From the NCBI GenBank assembly GCA_038087875.1, contig CM075997.1, positions 5,768,001 through 5,832,000 of the forward strand: DNA of 64,000 bases, read 5' to 3'. This document shows, piece after piece, positions 38,371 through 52,082 of this stretch. The position numbers and the translations under genes are program-made. The first letter of the stretch is position 1; every line of letters begins with the position of its first letter. The stretch comes from Malacoraja senta. Taxonomy: Eukaryota. The notes under the pieces were generated by a model. It searched no databases. It saw only the letters and a list, made by a program, of their open reading frames with translations, and was not told the origin of the DNA.

Positions 38371-39332
38371 CAAATTTTGTCTCCAATTTACTAAATAACT
38401 GTGTATTGAAGAATTGCCATTTGATTAAGATATAAAGGACTAACAGTTGTGCACTTTGTCTGTTTCATCCAGCAATTGCATGTTTTTGTATAACAAATTA
38501 AAACTGAAGAGAGAATGCGAGAACTATTATTAGCACCAGTGAAAATAAACTAAAGGAAAGCAGGAAAAAAAATGTTTGAGGTGGGAGCTCTGAGGTGAGG
38601 ATTGTCAGTTTATAGATGACAAAAATGATAGTTGCTTAATGACAACTCATCGTGCCTTTATTTTAGAAAAGGCTTTTCTTTCTTAACCAAATTGAAGAGT
38701 ATAGAATGAACTGACCTGTATTATCATGAATGGGAGAGATGCTAAAGGTAGTAATCTTTGCTGTACCTTTTGTGCTGACAAGAAATTTAAAAAAATCACA
38801 TCGGAGGTACTCTCTAATGTACAAAATGTAACAGCTGCATTCTAGTCATGTTCTTTTAAGTCGTGCAGAATTCACCACCCTCATTGTGAAGCATTCCTTG
38901 TGTTATGCTTAAGTTAAGGTTGTAAGTCTAATTTCCATTGTTATGTGATCAAAATGCATATTGCTAATGTCATCACATGGGGGAAATACTGCAGGTCGAT
39001 TAAACCAGTTTTAAATGGTTTGATCCTATTTCTTCTGAGTTAACCTTTCTGGGAAAATAGGCAGATTATGCTGAAGCAGGTTCAAGTCGGACCAATTTCG
39101 AATAAAAACTTTAAAACTATTATATTTAGTCAATAGATCAATTCTGATATTAGATATACTCCCTATTACAGATTAATAAGCATCTGTTACACATTGCCAA
39201 TACAATAATTTTCATTTAGTTATTTTTAAATACATCTGAAATGAAATCTTGAATAAAAACTATATGCAAGGATATCAATAGAATGTTTTAAAAACAGAAG
39301 ATCTGATGACTCCTTTTGTTTTGGGTTTTCAG

Positions 39333-39525
39333 GACATATTGCCAAGGTAGTTGCTTCTCCTGATGCACACTTGCTTGCTGCTGATGATGTTGTTAGTTGC
39401 TGCCTTGACTTGAGTGTTCCAAGTATCTCTCTCCGGATCAATGGCCATCCTGTGCAAGGCATGTTTGAAAATTTTAATGTGGATGGCCTCTTTTTCCCTG
39501 TGGTTAGCTTTTCTGCAGGAGTCAG
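39333..39525 (+). CDS. RYR1: RYR1 exon (human exon 19 equivalent), SPRY1
   Basis: (G)[63 protein letters not shown](R), 193 nt. Confidence 0.97.
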
Positions 39526-39906
39526 GTAAGTTTTCTGATTTTTAAGTTTGTCTAATGAATAATTATCTTATGATTTAAAGGTGCAATAAATATATGAAGA
39601 TCATGTGAAATAAAAGTTACTTGTCACATTGATATGACTAATTTTACTGCTGTAAACTTAGTAATTTAGAGTGTTTAATTATGAAATCAACATCTTGCTT
39701 GAAAGTTATTCAAAAAATAAAGTTTTAATTCAAAACTTTATTAGCTAAATTTTGATAACACTATTTGAATTTGAATACAAAATGATTTTGCAAAATAGAT
39801 TCGCCACTTCATCGGCTTAAAATTATTTAAAAGAGTTTTTTTTTGCTGTGCAATTAATAATGTGCTATTTAAATTATTTCATAACTGATTATTAATATTT
39901 ATAAAA

Positions 39907-40172
39907 ATAGACAATAGGTGCAATAGTAGGCCATTCGGCCCTTCGAGCCAGCACCGCCATTCAATGTGATCATGGCTGATCATCCCCAATCAGTACCCCG
40001 TTCCTGCCTTCTCCCCATATCCCGTGACTCCGCTATCTTTGAGAGCCCTATCTAGCTCTCTCTTGAAAGTATCCAGAGACCCAGCCTCCACAGACACACA
40101 ACTCTCTGTGTGAAAAAGTGTTTCCTCATCTCTGTTCTAAATGACTTACCCCTTATTCTTAAATTGTGGCCT
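39907..40172 (-). mobile_element. CR1 3' tail fragment
   Basis: Near-identical to 17795-18090. Confidence 0.88.
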
Positions 40173-41001
40173 ATAATGTCTAACTTCTTTAGACATTATA
40201 GATACTGTGTTATTCCAAAAATGGATGCGTTTGTGGCCAGAGTCATGTCTATGTCACATTGGTGAAGGTAGTAGCATCTTAGCTAATGCGCAGCTTAAAT
40301 ATACAGGGTAGGAATATTGTAGTGCGATCCCAAACCCATTCCCAGTGAATGTTCTGGCTGTGCAATGTATGCAGAGCAGGTGACTTTCTGTAAAAGGAGG
40401 GTAAAGGAAGTGAAAAAGGCTGGTCAGCAAGAATGTTTTCACTGAAATCTGCCATCTTTAGAATTTGTGACCGCAATGCTGGAGCAAAATACAGACTACA
40501 TTGCCATCGCAAGTAGATTTCTATTGAAGAAGGGACCCGACGCAAAACATTGTCAATCCATTTCCTTCCACAGTTAATACCTGATCTGCAGGGTTCCTCC
40601 AACAGTTTTTTTTGCTCAAGATTTCAGCATCTGCAGTCTTTTATGTCTCAAACTTTATACACTGCATCTTAGTAAATAGTTTCATTATCTTTGAGCGAAC
40701 CAGGATAAACCAAGGAATTCTACTGGATGATTAGAATGACAAGTTGGTGGAATTACCATGGCAAAATAATAAGTTAAGTTGCCACGCGTAATGACAAAGC
40801 AGATCATTGTTGAGACTGCATTGGAGGAACGATGGTGGAAAGATGGTGATCTTACAATGCTGAACAATTGCCTTTGTGAAGATGCAATGCTTGGTACTGG
40901 CCAGGTGGTGAACAGCTGTGGAAGAAGATGAGAAAGGGAGGAAACTTAGAGAACCTTTTCACACAACTATATTACTAATAACCAAACTCTAACATCCCAC
41001 T

Positions 41002-41192
41002 GTTTAAGAAGGAACTGCAGATGCTGGAAAATCAAAGGTAGACAAAAATGCTGGAGAAACTCAGCGGGTGAGGCAGCATCTATGGAGCGAAGGAAATGGC
41101 AACGTTTCGGGTCGAAACCCGAAACATTGCCGATTTCCTTCGCTCCATAGATGCTGCCTCACCCGCTGAGTTTCTCCAGCATTTTTGTCCAC
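41002..41192. mobile_element. PLE-derived fold-back mini-element with 15-bp TSD
   Basis: TSD CTCTAA(C/T)ATCCCACT at 40987-41001 and 41193-41207; long hairpin centred on GTTTCGGGTCGAAACCCGAAAC. Confidence 0.9.
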
Positions 41193-41749
41193 CTCTAATA
41201 TCCCACTCTCTGGTTTTACATTTCACTCGTCTTTTCTCCTTATCTGACACTCTTTCTACTTTCCACCTCCAGCATTTGTCATTTATTTCACCCATCAGAC
41301 ACCAACACCCTCAAGTGTATCCCTCTATCATTTGCAGACTTTGTCCCACCCTCACTTCTCTTTTCCAACTTTCCACCTTCTGCTCCTGTTAGTGCCGACC
41401 CAAAATGTTGTCTGTCCATTCCCTCCACAGATGTTGCCTGGCCCGCTGAGTTCCTGCAGGACTTTGTTCAATATTCCAGCATTTGCCGTTCTTCGTGTCT
41501 CTACCTCCATTTAACCAATCTCAACCTACTTTCCTGCAGTTGCTGATCAACACAATACATGGCCACAAACATCCGCAAAGAAAATTCAAATACAATTTAT
41601 AAAACTAACATAGTGTGCTCCATGGAAATATCAATCATTCATCCTTGTGCAAAGGCTTTGTGTCTGCATTCCATATGCATTTGCATGTGCCAAATTGTGT
41701 CAAATGTTGCTGTTCCATGTTACCTAGCTGAATATCACATCACATCCAT

Positions 41750-42046
41750 TTTAGTTTAGTTTAGAGGTACGCAAGCCCTTTGGCCCACTGAGTGCGCAAC
41801 GACCAGCGATCCCTGTACACGAGCACTATCCTACACACTAGGGACAATTTACAATCTTTACTGAAGCCAATTAACCTACAAACCTGTATGTCCTTGGAGT
41901 GTGGGAACAAACCGGAGCACCCAGGGAAAACCCATGCAGACACGGGGAGAACGTACAAAATCCGTAAAGACAGCACCCGTAGTCAGGATCAAACCTGGGT
42001 CTCTGGTGCTATAAGGCTGCAACTCTACCGCTACTCTACTGTGCTC
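41750..42046 (-). mobile_element. HE1-like V-SINE
   Basis: (TTTAG)n tail, CCAATTAACCTACAAACC, GGATCAAACCTGGG. Confidence 0.8.
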
Positions 42047-42529
42047 CATCCTGAATGTCTTTTTTCCATCTCAGACAAATCAAATCACTCCATCTCTAAC
42101 TTCACTCTAACCAATACTGAACTTAATAGGTATGCTGTGGTTGCATCTTTGCTTGAAATCCTTCACCACTGGTTTATATACTCTGTGGCTTGTCCTAAAC
42201 CATACCCTTTGTTGGACTAATTTTCCTATCCATGCTGAATTTTGAATCACAGTTTTAATTTAAAGGATCAACATGAATGTAAGCTATTGATAATATAAAT
42301 TAAAAATTGTAGTATATATTTTAAGTTGTGGAAATTTGCATTCTAGATTTACATAAAAGTTTGAGTTAAACCTCCAGTGATATATAAATATAATTGAAGT
42401 AGCCATTTTTACATGTGAAATTATTATGCTGATTTGATAAATTTAATTTCCCATGCTCTGCAGTATGTGTTCACTGCTTCATATGTGGGAATTAAATACC
42501 ATTATTACATGTGGGAAATCCACTTTGTG

Positions 42530-43310
42530 TTACATAGAACATAAAATAGTACAGCAGAAGAACAGGTTCTGTGTCCCACATTGCCAAAATGTGCCGAAAA
42601 TGCCAAGACCATCACTTATCTTTCTGCACATATCCCACATCCCTCTATTCCTGCGTATCCATGTCCATTCAAAAGTCTTTTAAAAGTGACTGACATATCT
42701 GCTTCAAACACCACCCGGCTGTGAGCTCCAGGCACTCACCACCGTGTGTGTAAAAAAAAAAAACTTGCCCTGCACATCTCCTTTAATCTTTACCCCTCTC
42801 ACCGTAAAGATGTGCTCTCTAATATTTGCTTTGTACAACCTGGGAAAAGATTCTGACTGTCTACCCTATCTCTGCCTCTCATCATTTTAATTACTTCTGT
42901 TTTTCTGTAAGTTGAATTGTTTGTGTGTCGTGTAGGAATTGTTTTGTTTGTATGGCTGTGGAAACGGAGTTTCGTTTGAGCCTCTTTGAGGTTCAAATGG
43001 CAAGAAATAAAATCTAAATCTAAATCTTCTATCAGGTCTCCCCGCAACCCCCACCATTCCAGAGAAAACAATCCAAGTCTGTCCAACCTCTCCCTGTAGC
43101 TAATATCCCCTAGTCCAGTCATCACTTTGGTAAATCTCTACTGCACCTTTTCCAAAACCTTCACATCCTTGCTGTAATGGGGCAACCGGAACTGCACACA
43201 ATCTTCCAAATGCGGCCTAAGCAAAATCCTACAAATTTGCATCATGACTTCCCGACTCTTATACTCAATACCCCAACCTATGAAAGCAAGCATATCATAT
43301 GTCTTCTTTA
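42530..43310 (-). mobile_element. CR1 3' fragment with a nested retroposon tail (~42895-43027)
   Basis: Minus ORFs YDMLAFIGWGIEYKSREVMMQ and YRERLDRLGLFSLEW. Confidence 0.82.
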
Positions 43311-44097
43311 CCAAAATTGTGCATCTAGCACAGACCAAAATATGTCAATGGTAGTCCAGATCGTTTTGTGAATCATGTCTGCTTTGAACTAAAGGTAAGC
43401 TAGCCAATTAGATTCAAAATTAGCTTGGTAGAAGGAGGCACTAGGTAGTTTGTGTCATAGAGTCATGCAGCAAGGAAACAGGCCCTTTGGCCCAACTTTC
43501 CCATGCCAACCAAGGTGCCCCATCTACACTAGTCCTACCTGCCCGTGTTTGGCCGATATTCCTTAGCTTCTTACCTATCCTTTTGTACAACTGTAACATA
43601 ATATCCCAGCATCCTGACTGATGAAGGCCTAGGTACCCAAAGCCTCTTGATGTCACTTTCACTAGTTGTGGAGATTTATTTTTCTGATTGGAGGCCTGTG
43701 ACCAATTTTCTACTGCAAAGGACAGTGCTAGGTCCAATATTCCAATTATAGATTTCGATTACAATGTAGTTAACACAGTTATTATCAAACAGCATGGAAT
43801 TGGGCCCTCTACTCCAACTCATCCATGTTGACCAAGATGCCCCATCTAAGTTAGTCCCATTTGCTTACATTTGGCTCACATCCCTCTAAACCTTTCCTAT
43901 CCATGTACCTGGCCAAGTGATTCAAATGCTGTTATAGTACTTGCCTCAACTACTTCCTTGGGCAGCTTGTTCCATACACCCATCACCCTCTGAGTGAAAA
44001 AGTTATCCTGCAAGAAAAATCTTGCCCCTCTCACCTTAAACCTATGCCATCTGGTTTTTGACTCCTTCTCTGGAGAAACATCCTTGTAAGTCTCTTA

Positions 44098-45080
44098 GAT
44101 AGGCACAAAATGCTGGAGTAACTCAGCGGGACAGGCAGCATCTCTGGACAGAAGGAATGGGTGACGTTTCGGGTCGAGACCCTTCAGACTGAATCAGGGG
44201 AGAGGGCGGTACAGAGATAAGGCAATGTAAGGTGTGAAAACGAGACGAAGGGGATGCAGATCAAGGAAAATGTAGAATAGATCATTGTTAGCTAGGAGAA
44301 GTAACAACAAAGCAAACAGAGATAAAATGTAAACGAGGACAGTCAGTCCTGTCGGAGAACTGAGAAGGGGGGAGGGATGGAGAGAGATGAAATGCAAAGA
44401 TTACTTGAAGTTAGAGAAATCGATATTCATACTGCTGGGGTGTAAGTTGCCCAAGTGAAATATGAGGTGCTGTTCCTCCAATTTGAGCTGGGCCTCACTC
44501 TGACAATGGAGGAGGCCCAGGACAGAAAGGTCAGTGTGGGAATAGGAGGAGGAGTTTAAGTGTTTAACAACCGGGAGATCAGGTAGGTTTAGGCGGACTG
44601 AGCGGAGATGTTTAACGAAATGATCGTCGAGCCTGCGCTCAGTCTCACGGATATATAGGAATCCACAACTGATGAGGTTGCAGGAGGTATAAGTGAACCT
44701 CTGCCTCATCTGAAAAGACTGTTGGGATCCTTGCACAGGGTCAAGGGGGGAGGTATAGGTACAGGTGTTGAATTTCCTGTGGTTGCAGGGTGAAGTACCT
44801 GGGGAGGAGGTGGTTCGGGTGGGAAGGGACAAGTTAACCAGGGAGATGGGGAGGGAACGGTCTCTGTGAAAAGCGGAAAGGGCGGAGATGGGAAGATGTG
44901 GCTGGTGGTGGAATCCCATTGGAGGTGGCGAAAATGCAGGAGGATTATGTGCTGTATGTGGCGGCTGATGGGGTGAAAGGTGAGGACCAGGGTGACTCTG
45001 TCCCTGTTGCGATTAGGGGGAAGCGGAGCTGTGGGATATCGAGGAGACCCTAGTGAGGGCCTCATCTATGATGGAAGAGG
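44098..45080 (-). mobile_element. Penelope-like element 3' part (GIY-YIG endonuclease region plus pLTR)
   Basis: Minus ORFs RVTLVLTFHP, CNHRKFNTCTY, LYIRETERRLDDHFVKHLRSVR, KLEEQHLIFHLG; pLTR at 44098-44190. Confidence 0.88.
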
Positions 45081-45152
45081 CACTTCTCACCTTTTGTGTA
45101 AAAATAACTTGTACCGCAAAAGTCCTATTAAGCTGCATCATACTTCTTCGCG

Positions 45153-45725
45153 CTAGTGAGACCACACCTGGAGTATTGTGTGCAGTTTTGGTTCCCAAAT
45201 TTGAGGAAGGATATTCTTGCTATTGAGGGAGTGCAGCGTAGGTTCACAAGGTTAATTCCCGGGATGGCGGGACTGTCATATGCTGAGTGAATGGAGCGGC
45301 TGGGCTTGTATACTCTGGAATTTAGAAGGATGAGAGGGAATCTTATTGAAACATATAAGATCATGAAGGGTTTGGACACGCTAGAGGCAGGAAACATGTT
45401 CCCGATGTTGGGGGAGTCCAGAACCAGGGGCCACAGTTTAAGAATAAGGGGTAAGCCATTTAGAACGGAGATGAGGAAACACTTTTTCACAGAGAGTTGT
45501 GAGTCTGTGGAATTCTCTGCCTCAGAGGGAGGTGGAGGCTGGTTCTCTGGATACTTTCAAGAGAGAGCTAGATAAGGCTCTTAAAGATAGCGGAGTCAGG
45601 GGATATGGGGAGTAGGCAGGAACGGGGTAGTGATTGTGGATGATCAGCCATGATCACATTGAATGGCGGTGCTGGCTCGAAGGGCCGAATGGACTACTCC
45701 TGCACCTATTGTCTATTGTCTATTA
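45153..45725 (+). mobile_element. CR1 3' fragment
   Basis: RPHLEYCVQFW..LGLYTLEFRRMRGNLIETYK; (CTATTGT)n tail. Confidence 0.92.
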
Positions 45726-46077
45726 TACTGAATGTCCCGACCAATGAAGGCAAGCATACTCGTATGCCTTCTTCACCATTCTATCTACTTGTATTGCCAC
45801 GTACAGAGAATTAAGGGCTTGGACCCCAAGATACCTCTGCACATCAATGTTGTTAAGGGTCTTGCAATTATTGTATATTTTCTCCTTCCGTTGACCTCCC
45901 AAAGCAAAACTTCACACGATCAGATTAACTCCATCTGCCATTTCTTCACCCATTTCTGCTGCTGACATAACCTGCTGTACAATTAGACAGGCTTCAGAAC
46001 AGTCCACGACCCAAGTTATCTTAATGTAATTTGCAATTTACTGACCAACCCAGCTGCGTATATATCCAAGTCATTTA

Positions 46078-46254
46078 GTGTAGGAAAGAACTGCAGATGC
46101 TGGTTTAAATCGGAGATAGACCACAAAATGCTAGAGTAACTCAGTGGGACAGGCAGCATCTCTTCGACCTATCTATCTTTGACCTGAAACGTCACCCATT
46201 CCTTCTCTCCAGAGATGCTGCCTGTCCCGCTGAGTTACTCCAGCATTTTGTGTC
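46078..46254. mobile_element. PLE-derived fold-back mini-element with 15-bp TSD
   Basis: TSD TATCCAAGTCATTTA at 46063-46077 and 46255-46269. Confidence 0.9.
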
Positions 46255-46599
46255 TATCCAAGTCATTTATATCATAAAAAACAGAGGTCCCAGATAAGTT
46301 CCCTGCGCCAACCCCACTGGCCACAGGCCACCCGTCTGAATATTATCCTTCCACTGCAACCCTCAGTCTTTTATTAGTAAGCCAGTGCTGAATTCATATG
46401 ACTGTCACAGTTAATCCATGTATCTTAAATATTTTATGTGATATTGATTCCCTTAAACGCAATAGGTTTCTTGTGTCTCCACAATAAATTTGTATTTACC
46501 CCTTAGTTGTTCCATAAAGTCTGTTGAACGTTTTCTTCTCTATAACTTTTTGAATATTCTTTTTTCTATGCATTTTTGTCAAGGTTCCTTTGGAGTTAA

Positions 46600-47086
46600 T
46601 TCAGTCCTCCACAACTTCCTGGTTAACTCATCCCTTCCCTCCCAAACCACCCCCTCCCCAGGTACCTTCCCTTGCAACCGCAGGAGATGCAACACCTGTC
46701 CTTATACCTCCTCTCCCTACTGTCCAGGGATCCCAACAGTCCTTTCAGGTTAGGCAGAGGCTCACCTGCACTTCCTCCAAACTCATCTACTATATCCGTT
46801 GTTCAAGATGTGGATACCAAACGTAGACTGGCCGATCATTTAGTTGAACACCTTCGCTCAGTCCGTCTGAACCTACCTGATCTCCCGGTTGCTAAACACT
46901 TTACTTCTCCTTCTCATTCCCACATTGACCTCTCTGTCATAGGCTTCCTCCATTGTCAGAGTGAGGCTAAATGCAAATTGGAGGAACAGCATCTCCTTTT
47001 TCGCTTGGGCAGCTGACAGCCCAGTTATAGAAATTGATTTCTATAACTTCAAGCAACCCTAGCATTCCCTCTCTCTCTCTCTCTCT

Positions 47087-47177
<91 letters not shown>

Positions 47178-47832
47178 TCTCTCTCTCTCTTCCTCACCCA
47201 CTCCCCCCTCCCCAAGTCAGACCAGCTTCTCGTTTTCACCCAACAAACAGCTAACATTGGCCTGTTTCATTTATCATCGTTACTTTTTTGCATATCTTTC
47301 ATTCATTATTCTTTACCTCTCTACATCATTGTCTATATCTCTTGTTTCCCTTTCCCCTAACTAGTCTGAAGAAGGGTCTCGACCCGAAACCCATTCCTTC
47401 TCTCCAGAGATGCTGCCTGTCCCGATGAGTTACTCCAGCTTTTTGTTTCTATCTTCGCTTTAAAACAGCATCTGCAGTTCCTTCCTTCACATGTATTTAA
47501 TTACTCTTGCTTTCCCTCTCTCCATCCCTCCCCCTCCTAGTTTTCCGACCAGTCTGACTGTCCCCCGATCAAACTTTATCTCTGTATGCTTCATTGTCAT
47601 CTTCTCCTAGCTAACAATGATCTATTCAACATTTGCCTTGAGCACCATCCCCTTTGATGTCCATTTTCACAACTTACCCTTCCTTATTTCTGTTTCTCCC
47701 TCTCCCCTGACTCTCAATCTGAAGAAGGGTCTTGACCCGAATCATCACCCATTCCTTCTATCCAGAAATGCTGCCTCTATTGTTTTGTGTCTATCTTTAG
47801 TGTAAATCAGCATCTGCAGTTCCTTCCTACAT
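46600..47832 (+). mobile_element. Penelope-like element 3' part with two tandem pLTR-like repeats
   Basis: GTFPCNRRRCNTCPY, CTSSKLIYYIRCSRC, KRRLADHLVEHLRSV, KLEEQHLLFRLGS; (TC)n at 47068-47190; hammerhead-like cores at 47366 and 47719. Confidence 0.88.
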
Positions 47833-48797
47833 ATTTCATTATCATGTTCACAGGGAATGTAAGAATGCAATTCTTAAATGCTGTAGCTATACAGACACAT
47901 TCATGCAACAATGCCACAAATTAATATACAATAATCAATAATATAAATTATGAGTAATACTAGGTAACCAGTTCATAATTAGTGCTATACTAGATGACAT
48001 CTGTTTATCTACGAGAGATGATGGTGCGGCTTTGACATTCACCTGCTTCCAAAGGGGAGGGTTTCGTCTGTGGTTGCAATTCCTGTGGTGGCTGACAAGG
48101 CCTATCCTTGACTGGCAGACCCTTTATAAGGTAACCATACCATGATAGTGAAAATCAGACCATAATAGGAAACAAAAACTTGTTTGGACCCCACCTTGCG
48201 CTGATTTTTCCAGTGTTCCTGAAGGAAACAGTTGTTGATTAAGATTACATCAGGATCAAAATGGTAGAATGGTTTCATTTATACCTTGTACTAAAAAATC
48301 CCCAGTAATTAAACTGGATAAATATATTGGATGCTCCAATCGTCATTTTTTGCAATTGGCCACTGAATCCTTTCAGATTCCAATCAGTCCTGAACAATCA
48401 ACTCAGTAAAATCTTGTTCCATGAAATGTTAGCAGATTTATTTTACTTTATATTTCTAAGAAATTGATTTGCCAATTTCCTTAGCATTGTCCAGTGAGAC
48501 TGTTTCTGACAAAGAATATTAACAATAACATTCCCTTATGCTGCATCATAAAAATCTGCATATCTTTTTGTGGAAAAGTGTTTTTTGTCAATTGAAAAAA
48601 AAAAGAAAACTAACAGGATTTATTCCAAGTTTTATATCTCCAGATTCTATATTTAATCTGTGACTAAACAGCAATTTATTGCTCACAGTTTTAGTTGGGG
48701 GATGTGTTATATCAACAAGATCTATAAATAGGAATTTGCACTCATGGCTATTTCACATTGACGTTAAATGTTATTTTAATTTCTTTTTTGTCTGTAG

Positions 48798-49014
48798 GGT
48801 CAGATTTTTACTAGGTGGTAGGCATGGAGAATTCAAGTTCATGCCTCCACCTGGGTATTCTCCTGGTTATGAAGCACTACTACCAAAGGAAAGAATGAGA
48901 ATAGAGCCCATCAAACAATATAAGCATGATTTTGATGGCATTCGAAATCTTTTGGGCCCTGTACAATCACTGTCACATACTGAATTTGCTCCGTCTCCTG
49001 TGGATACAGCGCAG
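48798..49014 (+). CDS. RYR1: RYR1 exon (human exon 20 equivalent)
   Basis: [72 protein letters not shown], 217 nt. Confidence 0.97.
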
Positions 49015-49334
49015 GTAAGGATTTAACTGTTGGCCACTTTTAAATAAATTCAGTGTCTCTTGATTTTTTGTATTTGCAAACATTTACAAAAATATACATT
49101 ACTTAATCAGATTTTGAAGCTCCTGACTGCAAAAGTAATAACTTTTACTTTGGCAGAGTCCCCCAAATGTTCGCCTTGTGGTTTGTATATAACTCCTCCA
49201 CAAATCCCCACTTCCGCACCTACCCCATTTGCCCATCTGCACAGACTGACCTCCGTATTGATTTTTTGACATCTTGTACTGTCGAAAGGCCTTTGCAGTC
49301 TTTCTGAATGTCTCTGATAATTACAGACATATCG

Positions 49335-50608
49335 TAAGGTCATAAATGATAGGAGCAGAATTAGGCCATTCGGCCCATCAATTCTACTCCACCATTCAAT
49401 TATGGCTGATCTATCTCTCCCTCCTAACCCCATTCTGCTGCCTTCTCCTCATAATCCCTGACACCCACACTAATCAAGAATCTATCTATCTCTGCCTTAA
49501 AAATATCCATTGACGGCCTTCACAGCCTTCTGTGGCAAAGGATTTTTCAGATTTGGTCAAGGGGATTGAAGGTTTTGTTGCCAAATTTGCGTATGATACG
49601 AAAATAGGTGGAATGGCAGGTAATGTAGAGAAAGCAGGGACTCTGTAGAAGATCTTGGACAGGTTGTGAGAGTGGACAGAGAAGTGGCAGATGGAATATA
49701 GTGTAGCAAAGTGTGGAGTCATGCATTTTGGTAGTAGGAATAAAGGCGTAGACTATTTTCTAAATGGGGAGGGAATCCAGAAATTGGAGGTGCAAAGGGA
49801 CTTGGAGTGCTGGTGCAGGATTCCCAAAAAGTTAATCTGCATGTCGAATCGGTAGTAAAGAAAGAAAACTCAATGTTATCATTTATTTCCAGAGGGCTTG
49901 TGTACATAAACAGGGATGTAATGCTGAGGCTCTATAAAGCGCTGGTCAGGCCGCATTTGGAATATTGTGAGCAATTTTGTGCACCATATCAGAGGAAGGA
50001 TGTGCTGGCTCTGAAGAGGGTTCAGAGGAGGTTTATAAGAATGATCCCAGGAATGAGTGGGTTAACATATGATGAGCGTTTGTCGGCACTGGGCCTGTAC
50101 TCGCTGGAGTTTAGAAGAATGGGGAACCTCATTGAAACATACAGAATAGTGAAAGGTTTGGATAGAGTGGATGTGGAGAGGATGTTTCCACTAATGGGAG
50201 AGTCTAGGACTAGAGGTCATAGCCTCAGAATGAAAGGACGTTCTTTTAGGATGGAGTAGAAGAGAAATGTCTTCAGTCAGAGGGTGGTGAATCTGTGGAA
50301 TTATTTGCCACAGAAGGGGGGGGGACAAGTCTGGATATTTTTAATGCAGAGATAGATTATTGATTAGCACTGGTGTTAGAGGCTATGGGGAGAAATCAGG
50401 AGAATGTGGTTAGGAGGGAGAGATAGATCAGCCATGATTAAATGGCAGAGTAGACTTGATGGACCGAATGGCCTAATTCTACTCCTATCACTTATGACCT
50501 AATTCACCACCTTCAGACTAAATACATTTCCCCTCATCTCCTTCCTGAAGGAATGACCTTTAATTCTGAGGCTATGACCTCTAGTCCTTGAGCCTCCCAC
50601 CAGTGGAA
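49335..50608. mobile_element. Nested CR1s: + strand copy (~49548-50500) inserted in a minus-strand 3' fragment (49335-49545 and 50501-50608)
   Basis: ORF 49807-50259 is the CR1 RT C-terminus; the two minus-strand pieces join into one continuous CR1 3' end. Confidence 0.85.
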
Positions 50609-52080
50609 CAGTTTTATTCTTGTTTCTCAGACTCATAATGGCATCTTTGACTTTCATTGGCACAACTTTGGTCCTCATGTTGATAAACAGCAATAAAAGT
50701 TCCAAGGGTAATGGAAAGACTGGAGGAAGAGGACTAGGTGCTGAGATACCTGCATTATACCTGCTTTAAGGAAGCATTTAAACACACCTGAGAAATTACA
50801 AACTCATGTGAAGCCATGTGTCCCAAACAATATGGTGCCCTGAAATGGGGGAACTATGTATAAACACAGAATAAACCAAGAATAAAACTGCTGGAGACAT
50901 CAACCAAACATTAGGCTTACCAAAATCAACAGTTTGGAACATCATTAAGAAGAAAGAGAGGACTGGTGAGCTTACTAATCGCAAAGGGACCGGCAGGCCA
51001 AGGAAGACCTCCACAGCTGATGACAGAAGAATTCTGTCTATAATAAAGAAAAATCCCCAAACACCTGTCCGACAGATCAGAAACACTCTTCAGGAGTCAG
51101 GTGTGGGTTTGGCAATGACCACTGTCCGCTGAAGGCTTCATGAATAGAAATACAGAGGCTACACTGCAAGATGCAAACCACTGGTTAGCCGCAAAAATAG
51201 GATGGCCAGGTTACAAAGCAACCACAGTTCTGGAAAAAGGTCTTGTGGACAGATGAGACAAAAATTAACATATATCAGAGTGATGGTAAGAGCAAAGTAT
51301 GGAGGAGAGAAGGAACTACCCAAGATCCAAAGCATACCACCTCATCTGTGAAACACGGTGTTGGGGGTGTTATGACCTGGGCATGTATGGCTGTTGATAG
51401 TACTGGCTCACTTATCTTCATTGATGATACAACTGCTGATGGTTGTAGCATGATGAATTCTGAAGTGTGTAGACACATCCTATCTGCTCAAATTCAAACA
51501 AATGCCTTAAAACTCATTGGCCGGCGGTTCATTCTACAGCAAGATAATAATCCCAAACATACTGCTAAAGCAACAAATGAGTTTTTGAAAGCTAAAATAT
51601 GATCAATTCTTGAGTGGCCAAGTCAATCACCCGATCTGAACCCAATTGAGCATGCCTTTTATTTGCTGAAAAGAAAACTGAAGGGGACTAGCCCCCCAAA
51701 CCAGCATAAGCTAAAGATGGCTGCAATACAGGCCTGGCAGAGCATCACCAGAGAAGACACCCAGCAACTGGTGATGTTCATGAATCGCAGACTTCAAGCA
51801 GTCATTGCATGCAAAGGTAATGCAACAAAATACTAAACATGACTACTTTCATTTACATGGCATTGATGTGTCCCAAACATTAGGTGCCCTGAAATGGGGG
51901 GACCATGTTTAAATACTGCTGTAATTTCTACATGGTGAAACCAAACTGTTTAAAAATGGGCTTTATTAAAATCTGACATTGTGCACTTTAACCACATGTG
52001 ATCACAAATCTCAAATTGTGGAGTACAGAGGCAAATAAATAAATGATAGGTCTTTGTCCCAAACATTATGGAGGGCACTG
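50609..52080 (+). mobile_element. Tc1/mariner (IR-DR type) transposon remnant with inverted 5' segment
   Basis: Transposase pseudogene 50877-51836 (GRPRKTS, WTDETK, LQQDNNPKH, WPSQSPDLNPIE: DD34E); right end ...CCCAAACATTATGGAGGGCACTG followed by TA; inner direct repeat TGTCCCAAACA at ~51869 and ~50819. Confidence 0.9.
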
Positions 52081-52082
52081 TA

